From the NCBI GenBank assembly GCA_039802605.1, contig JBDRWW010000002.1, positions 245,613 to 309,612 on the forward strand: DNA of 64,000 nt, read 5' to 3'. Numbering within the stretch: position 1 is the first letter of the stretch; each line of letters opens with the position of its first letter. The position numbers and the translations under genes were made by a program. The stretch is from a candidate division WOR-3 bacterium. GTDB lineage: Bacteria > Hydrothermota > Hydrothermia > LBFQ01. Below the pieces are notes generated by a model. It was not told the DNA's origin. It saw nothing but the letters and a program-made list of their open reading frames with translations, and did not search any database. Shown here piece by piece: positions 58,587 through 64,000 of the stretch.

Positions 58587-59931
58587 AGATCTTATAAACA
58601 TCACCCGCTCCCTGCAACAAAACTATATCCCCTTCCCTTACAACCTTCCTTAAAGTATCCACAGCTTCGTCAAAATCTCCAACCATTACCACATTTTCAT
58701 AACCCAATGACTTTAAGGCTTTGTATATCAACTCGGAAGAAACGCCGCTTATAGGCCTTTCACCTGCGGGATATATCGGTAGGAGTATTACGAAATCCGC
58801 CTCCTTTAATACATTGGCAAATTCCCCGTGTAAGTCCATAGTTCTGGTATATCTGTGGGGCTGGAATACCATTACAACCCTTTTCCCCATTCCCTTAGCC
58901 ACCTCTATAACACCCATTATTTCCGTTGGGTGATGCCCGTAATCGTCCACAAAGGTGGCCCCCAACTTTTCCCCCTTTATCTCAAACCTTCTACCTACAC
59001 CTTTAAAATCCACAAGGTATTCCAAAGATTCCCTTAAGCTTATACCCAATTCCCAAGCGGCGATTATGGAAGCCATTGCATTTAAAACATTGTATTTACC
59101 GGGTACATTGAGTTTTCCCAAAACCCTTTCACCAAAACCCTTAACCACGAATTCGCTACCCAACCCCTCAACCTTTAAATCTTCGACGAATATATCGTTT
59201 TCGCCTGAAAACCCGTATGTAAAAAACCTCTTTTCAATAAAGGGTATTATATCCCGGGTGTTTTTATCGTCCCCGCATAGTATAACCGACCCATAAAAGG
59301 GAACCTTATTAGCAAACTCAATAAAGGCCATCTTCAAAGAGGCCATACTCCCATAGGTATCCATATGCTCCCTGTCTATGTTTGTAATGATCGCTATTGA
59401 TGGTAGGAGTTTTAAAAAAGACCTATCGGATTCGTCGGCCTCAACGACTAAATACTCCCCACTACCCATTAAACTACCTGAACCCCTATCCCTCAATATA
59501 CCGCCCACTATTACCGTTGGGTTTTTGTTTGCCCTTTGCAGTATATGACCTATCATAGATGTTGTTGTGCTCTTGCCGTGGGCACCCGAAACGGCGATGG
59601 AAAACTTAACCCTCATGAGCTCCGCCAACATTTCGGCCCTTTGAATAACGGGTATCCCCAATTCCTTTGCCCTTATAAGTTCCGGGTTATCGGGGGTAAT
59701 GGCCGAGGAATATACAACTATATCCGCACCCTCGACATTTTCCGCCTTATGCCCGTAGAAAACCTTAACACCCAATTTTTCCAACCTTTCCGTGGTTTCC
59801 TTTTTGGAAGTATCGGACCCCCTAACATTAAAACCGAGATTGTGTAAAATCTCCGCTATTCCGCTCATCCCGGAGCCGCCTATACCTATCATGTGGATGT
59901 TGGAAAACCTCGTTTTGGGAATTAAAACCAT
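58573..59931 (-). CDS. murC: UDP-N-acetylmuramate--L-alanine ligase
   Basis: GIGGSGMSG, GAHGKSTTT, EADESD, DDYGHHPTE, FQPHRYTRT. Confidence 0.96.
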   Translation of the reverse strand: MVLIPKTRFSNIHMIGIGGSGMSGIAEILHNLGFNVRGSDTSKKETTERLEKLGVKVFYGHKAENVEGADIVVYSSAITPDNPELIRAKELGIPVIQRAEMLAELMRVKFSIAVSGAHGKSTTTSMIGHILQRANKNPTVIVGGILRDRGSGSLMGSGEYLVVEADESDRSFLKLLPSIAIITNIDREHMDTYGSMASLKMAFIEFANKVPFYGSVILCGDDKNTRDIIPFIEKRFFTYGFSGENDIFVEDLKVEGLGSEFVVKGFGERVLGKLNVPGKYNVLNAMASIIAAWELGISLRESLEYLVDFKGVGRRFEIKGEKLGATFVDDYGHHPTEIMGVIEVAKGMGKRVVMVFQPHRYTRTMDLHGEFANVLKEADFVILLPIYPAGERPISGVSSELIYKALKSLGYENVVMVGDFDEAVDTLRKVVREGDIVLLQGAGDVYKIYEKV

Positions 59932-59985
59932 GAAGGTGAGAATTATAGGGTTGCCGACATCTTATGCAACCTTATAATACTTAGC

Positions 59986-60594
59986 GTGGAAAGGTTTATA
60001 GAACTCGCTACGGAATATGTTAAGAAAAATAGGGATACGGTGATGTGGGGGGGCTTGCTTTTTTTAGTCTTAATAGCAGGGGGTATATATTATTGGTATA
60101 ACACGAATAAAACGAAAATGGAAAGGGGAGAAATTGGATATTTGAGGGCATTGTTTATGGGTTTAAGGGATACGAGGCTATTGGAAGATGTTGCCAAAAA
60201 CTCCAAGGGTACCGTATGGTCGGATATGGCATTGCTTGACCTTGCAAACTTATCGTATTCAAAGGGTGACCTGAAAAAAACCCGTGAGTATGTTGAGGGT
60301 ATGGATAGGAAAAACCCAATAACAAAGTATGCATACCACTCCTATATGTATGCCATAAAGATGGACTTAAAGGAGAAGGACGCCTTGGATGACCTTAAAA
60401 AGGGTTCATCGGTTAAAGATTACAAAACCATTTCCCAACTCTTTGCGATAAAGTTGGCGGAAAACCTCATAGAAATGCAAAGGTTTGAAGAGGCAAGAGA
60501 TGTCTTAAAACCCATTGTCGAGGACATGTTTTCGCCTTATAATAGTAGGGCGAAGGCGCTTATGAGGGTTGCCGAAGCGTTTGGGAGGAGGTAA
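59986..60594 (+). CDS. Membrane-anchored TPR protein (YfgM-like)
   Basis: Single N-terminal TM helix followed by helical repeats. Confidence 0.55.
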   Translation: MERFIELATEYVKKNRDTVMWGGLLFLVLIAGGIYYWYNTNKTKMERGEIGYLRALFMGLRDTRLLEDVAKNSKGTVWSDMALLDLANLSYSKGDLKKTREYVEGMDRKNPITKYAYHSYMYAIKMDLKEKDALDDLKKGSSVKDYKTISQLFAIKLAENLIEMQRFEEARDVLKPIVEDMFSPYNSRAKALMRVAEAFGRR

Positions 60595-60597
60595 AAT

Positions 60598-63108
60598 ATG
60601 TTCATGGGGACACCAAATTTTACGGATAAGGCGAGAAGGGTTTTGATGTCCGCAAGGCGCGAGGCTATGGAGTTCGGCCATGACTATATAAGTGCAGAAC
60701 ATTTGATTTTAGCAATGACGCAGGTTTCTGATAGTATGGCCGTACTCATTCTAACCAACCTCGGCGTGGATATTATGGATTTAAGAACGGAAATAGAGAA
60801 GGGTTTATCCCGTGGTCCTATGAGGAGGACATACGCGCAGGATATTCCCCTATCGGCATCGGCTAAGAGGGCCTTACAAAACGCCATAGACGAGGCTAAG
60901 AGGATGGGTCATTCATCCGTTGGCACTGAGCATATTTTGTTGGGAATACTGCTTGAAAGTAAATCTATGGCTTCCCAGATTTTGGAAAACAGGTTTGGCA
61001 TAAACCCTTCAGTAGTTAGGGAAGAGATAAAGAGGTTGAGGGAAAACGGTAGGACGGATGATACATTCTCACCATTCACGCCAACCTTTGAGCCCCCGAG
61101 ATTTTCATCCTCTTCTCAGAGACAGGAACAGAGAAGGAGCAGTAAGGGTAGCACAAGGACACTTGACCAATTCTCAACGGATTTAACGGAGCTTGCAAGA
61201 CTCGGAAAACTCGACCCCGTTGTTGGTAGGGAAAGGGAAATAGAGAGGGTTATACACATACTTTCAAGGAGGAAAAAGAATAATCCCGTCCTCTTAGGGG
61301 AACCGGGTGTTGGTAAAACGGCAATAGTTGAGGGCTTGGCCCAAAGGATAGTGAAGGGAGAAGTTCCGGACGAGTTAAAGGATAAGAGGATTTTAGCCCT
61401 TGATTTGGCCGGTATAGTTGCCGGTACAAAGTATAGGGGACAGTTTGAGGAAAGGATAAAAGCCATAATTCAAGAGGCGACAAATGCCCCGGATGTTATC
61501 CTGTTTATTGACGAGCTACATACCCTTGTTGGCGCGGGTGCCGCCGAGGGTGCCCTTGATGCCGCAAATATACTAAAACCCGCATTGGCGAGGGGAGAAA
61601 TTCAGATAATAGGGGCAACGACGGTTGAGGAATACAAAAAACATATAGAACACGATGGGGCTTTGGAAAGGAGGTTTCAACCCGTATATGTTGAACCGCC
61701 AACCGTAGAGGAAACCATTGAGATATTAAAGAACCTAAAGCCAAGGTATGAGGAATTTCACGGGGTAATATATACGGATGAGGCCATTGAGGCCGCGGCC
61801 AAACTGTCAGATAGGTATATAACGGACAGGAATTTACCCGACAAGGCCATAGATCTTTTGGATGAAGCGGGAGCCGCGGTAAAGCTTTCGGCGGAAATAC
61901 CTCCCGAGGTAAAGAAGCTTGAAGATGACCTTGAAAGGATTAGAAAGCTTTTGGAGTTTTCGAGGAGTAGGGGTGATGTAGAATCTATGAGGAGAATGGA
62001 GATAAAGGAGAGGGAATTGATTCAGAAGATAGAGGAAATCAAGAGAAAGCACAAACCCGTTGTTACCGCGGAAGATATAGCAAAGGTTGTTGCGAGATGG
62101 ACGGGGATACCCGTATCGCAGATAACATACGATGAATCCAAGAAACTTTTAAAACTTGAAGAAGAACTCAAAAAGAGGGTTGTGGGACAGGATGATGCCA
62201 TTAGTGCATTGGCCAAGGCCATAAGGAGGGCGAGGTCGGGAATAAAGGATGTAAAAAGACCTATTGGGAGTTTTATCTTCTTAGGTCCAACCGGGGTTGG
62301 CAAGACCGAACTCGCAAAGGCATTGGCTGAATTCATGTTTGGAAGCGAAAGGGCGCTTATAAGGATAGATATGTCCGAGTATATGGAGAGGCACAGCGTT
62401 TCAAGGCTGATAGGTGCCCCTCCGGGATATGTGGGATACGAAGAAGGCGGGCAATTAACGGAAGCGGTTAAAAGGAGACCATATTCCGTTGTGCTATTTG
62501 ACGAGATTGAAAAGGCCCATCCCGAGGTTTTAAATGTTCTACTACAGGTTCTTGAAGATGGGATACTTACGGATGGTCTTGGGAGAACCGTCAGTTTCAG
62601 GAACGCAATAATTATTATGACATCAAACATTGGGGTTAGGAGGTTAAAAGAGGCGAGGAAAATGGGGTTTGCAATCGGCGATGAGAGAGAAGAAGAGTTT
62701 GATTTTGAAAGGATGAGGGAATTTCTCATAAACGAACTCAAAAAGACGCTTCCACCGGAGTTTTTAAATAGGGTTGATGAGGTCATCATATTCAGGCCTT
62801 TGAACAAAGAAGATCTCGTGCAAATCGTTGAAATTATGCTCAACGATCTCAGAAAGAGGCTTGCGGAGAGGAAGATAACCCTTGAACTGACGGATGAGTT
62901 GAAGAGGTGGTTGGTTGAGAAGGGATATGACCCAGAATACGGCGCAAGGCCGTTGAGGAGGGTTATAAGGAAGTATATTGAGGAACCCCTTTCGGAAGTC
63001 TTAATAGCCGGGGAAATAACGGACAATTCTCATATAATAGCGGACATTGATAAAGAGAAGGAAAAGGTAATCTTTAAAAAGAGCGAGGAGTTGGCCGGGG
63101 CGAAGTGA
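60598..63108 (+). CDS. clpC: ATP-dependent Clp protease ATP-binding subunit ClpC
   Basis: Clp-N repeats, GEPGVGKT and GPTGVGKT Walker A motifs, short middle domain, MGF ClpP-binding loop, YGARPL. Confidence 0.94.
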   Translation: MFMGTPNFTDKARRVLMSARREAMEFGHDYISAEHLILAMTQVSDSMAVLILTNLGVDIMDLRTEIEKGLSRGPMRRTYAQDIPLSASAKRALQNAIDEAKRMGHSSVGTEHILLGILLESKSMASQILENRFGINPSVVREEIKRLRENGRTDDTFSPFTPTFEPPRFSSSSQRQEQRRSSKGSTRTLDQFSTDLTELARLGKLDPVVGREREIERVIHILSRRKKNNPVLLGEPGVGKTAIVEGLAQRIVKGEVPDELKDKRILALDLAGIVAGTKYRGQFEERIKAIIQEATNAPDVILFIDELHTLVGAGAAEGALDAANILKPALARGEIQIIGATTVEEYKKHIEHDGALERRFQPVYVEPPTVEETIEILKNLKPRYEEFHGVIYTDEAIEAAAKLSDRYITDRNLPDKAIDLLDEAGAAVKLSAEIPPEVKKLEDDLERIRKLLEFSRSRGDVESMRRMEIKERELIQKIEEIKRKHKPVVTAEDIAKVVARWTGIPVSQITYDESKKLLKLEEELKKRVVGQDDAISALAKAIRRARSGIKDVKRPIGSFIFLGPTGVGKTELAKALAEFMFGSERALIRIDMSEYMERHSVSRLIGAPPGYVGYEEGGQLTEAVKRRPYSVVLFDEIEKAHPEVLNVLLQVLEDGILTDGLGRTVSFRNAIIIMTSNIGVRRLKEARKMGFAIGDEREEEFDFERMREFLINELKKTLPPEFLNRVDEVIIFRPLNKEDLVQIVEIMLNDLRKRLAERKITLELTDELKRWLVEKGYDPEYGARPLRRVIRKYIEEPLSEVLIAGEITDNSHIIADIDKEKEKVIFKKSEELAGAK

Positions 63109-63205
63109 GTTGAATAAAAAAGAACGCGACGATAAATTAAATAATTAAACGGTCGGTTTAAAAGACTTTAAATATGGGACTTTTCAAGCGTATAATTCCC
63201 ATTGT

Positions 63206-63946
63206 ATGGAGAATGCAAGAGAAATATGGGAAATACTAAAAGAGGTAGGCAAAAGGCTTGATAGGTTGGCAAAGAGCCAAGAGGAAACGGATAAGATGTT
63301 AAAGGAAACGAGGAAATTGGTTGAAAGCCTTGCAAAAAGACAGGAGGAGACGGATAGGCAAATAAAAGAGTTGAGAAAAGCCCAAGAGGAAACCGATAAA
63401 AAACTAAAAGAACTTGCAGAAAAACATGCGGAAACCGAAGAGCAGATAAAGAAGTTAAGCGTTCAAATAAGTAAAGTTTCCGAAGAGGTTAGGAACACAA
63501 CCAGAGCGGTAGCAGATTTGAACGGCATTTGGAAAGACTACACGGAAGATACAATAAGGGAGGGTTTGGAGTATGCATTGAAAGAATTAGGGTTTGAGGG
63601 TTTTAGGGTTAGAGAAAATTTAAAGAGTAAAATGGACGGTGATATTATGGAAATAGACGGGCTTGTTTTAGGTGATGATTATGTTATAGTTTTGGAGGTG
63701 AAAACCACATTAAGGGTTGATGATGTTGATGAGTTTGTTGAAGAGCTGGAAAAGAGGTTTTTAAGGTTTTTCCCCGAGTACAAAGGTTATAAGTTGTACG
63801 GTGCGGTTGCGGGGATGAAGTTCCATCAGTTTGCGGATAGGTATGCGAGTAAGAAGGGTTTTATCGTTTTAAAGCACAAAGATGGCAAAGATGTTAAGGT
63901 TTTAAATCCAAAAAACTTTAAGCCAAAGGACTTTTCAGGTGTGTAA
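63206..63946 (+). CDS. Coiled-coil + PD-(D/E)XK nuclease-like protein (DUF3782-like)
   Basis: QEETD coiled-coil repeats; EIDG...VLEVKT; LYGAVAG. Confidence 0.7.
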   Translation: MENAREIWEILKEVGKRLDRLAKSQEETDKMLKETRKLVESLAKRQEETDRQIKELRKAQEETDKKLKELAEKHAETEEQIKKLSVQISKVSEEVRNTTRAVADLNGIWKDYTEDTIREGLEYALKELGFEGFRVRENLKSKMDGDIMEIDGLVLGDDYVIVLEVKTTLRVDDVDEFVEELEKRFLRFFPEYKGYKLYGAVAGMKFHQFADRYASKKGFIVLKHKDGKDVKVLNPKNFKPKDFSGV

Positions 63947-64000
63947 GGATAAACTTTTAAACCAAAAAACTTTTCACCTTTATAATATTCACCTTAACTG

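Noticed and set aside
62022..63026. 334-aa ORF on the minus strand
   Set aside because: Entirely antisense to clpC; Ser/Leu/Phe-rich shadow translation with no motifs

Overview
Gene-dense bacterial chromosome segment. It most likely comes from an aerobic, thermophilic, diderm FCB-related lineage (WOR-3/Hydrothermia-like); this is inferred from T9SS-type C-terminal domains, a GWxTD-like protein and Lys/Glu/Ile-rich proteins. Housekeeping content: an A2-type caa3 cytochrome c oxidase operon, pfkA, surA, murI, dtd, infC, pstA, mtnA, PGI/PMI, methylmalonyl-CoA mutase large subunit, prs, ccdA, ltaE, plsC, rpsA, lipA, murC, clpC, several glycosyltransferases/O-antigen ligase-like genes, and tRNA-Val(TAC) and tRNA-Ser(CGA). 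An accessory region (~39.2-48.9 kb) carries a dispersed McrBC type IV restriction-like system: McrB has no reader domain, two free-standing candidate reader proteins lie nearby, and there are decaying ORFs and paralog pairs. Main observations: (i) four promoters in that region share a CAC-N2-AGTGA motif placed exactly 11 nt before the -10 box; (ii) both tRNAs lack CCA and are followed after one T by an in-frame TTG start (tRNA-punctuation-like layout); (iii) operon-leading genes are mostly leaderless; (iv) exported proteins have very short signal peptides without basic residues; (v) a GC-rich switch-like leader precedes the mcrB operon. No CRISPR, rRNA, integrase or transposase was seen. All family calls come from motif recognition by eye, not database searches.
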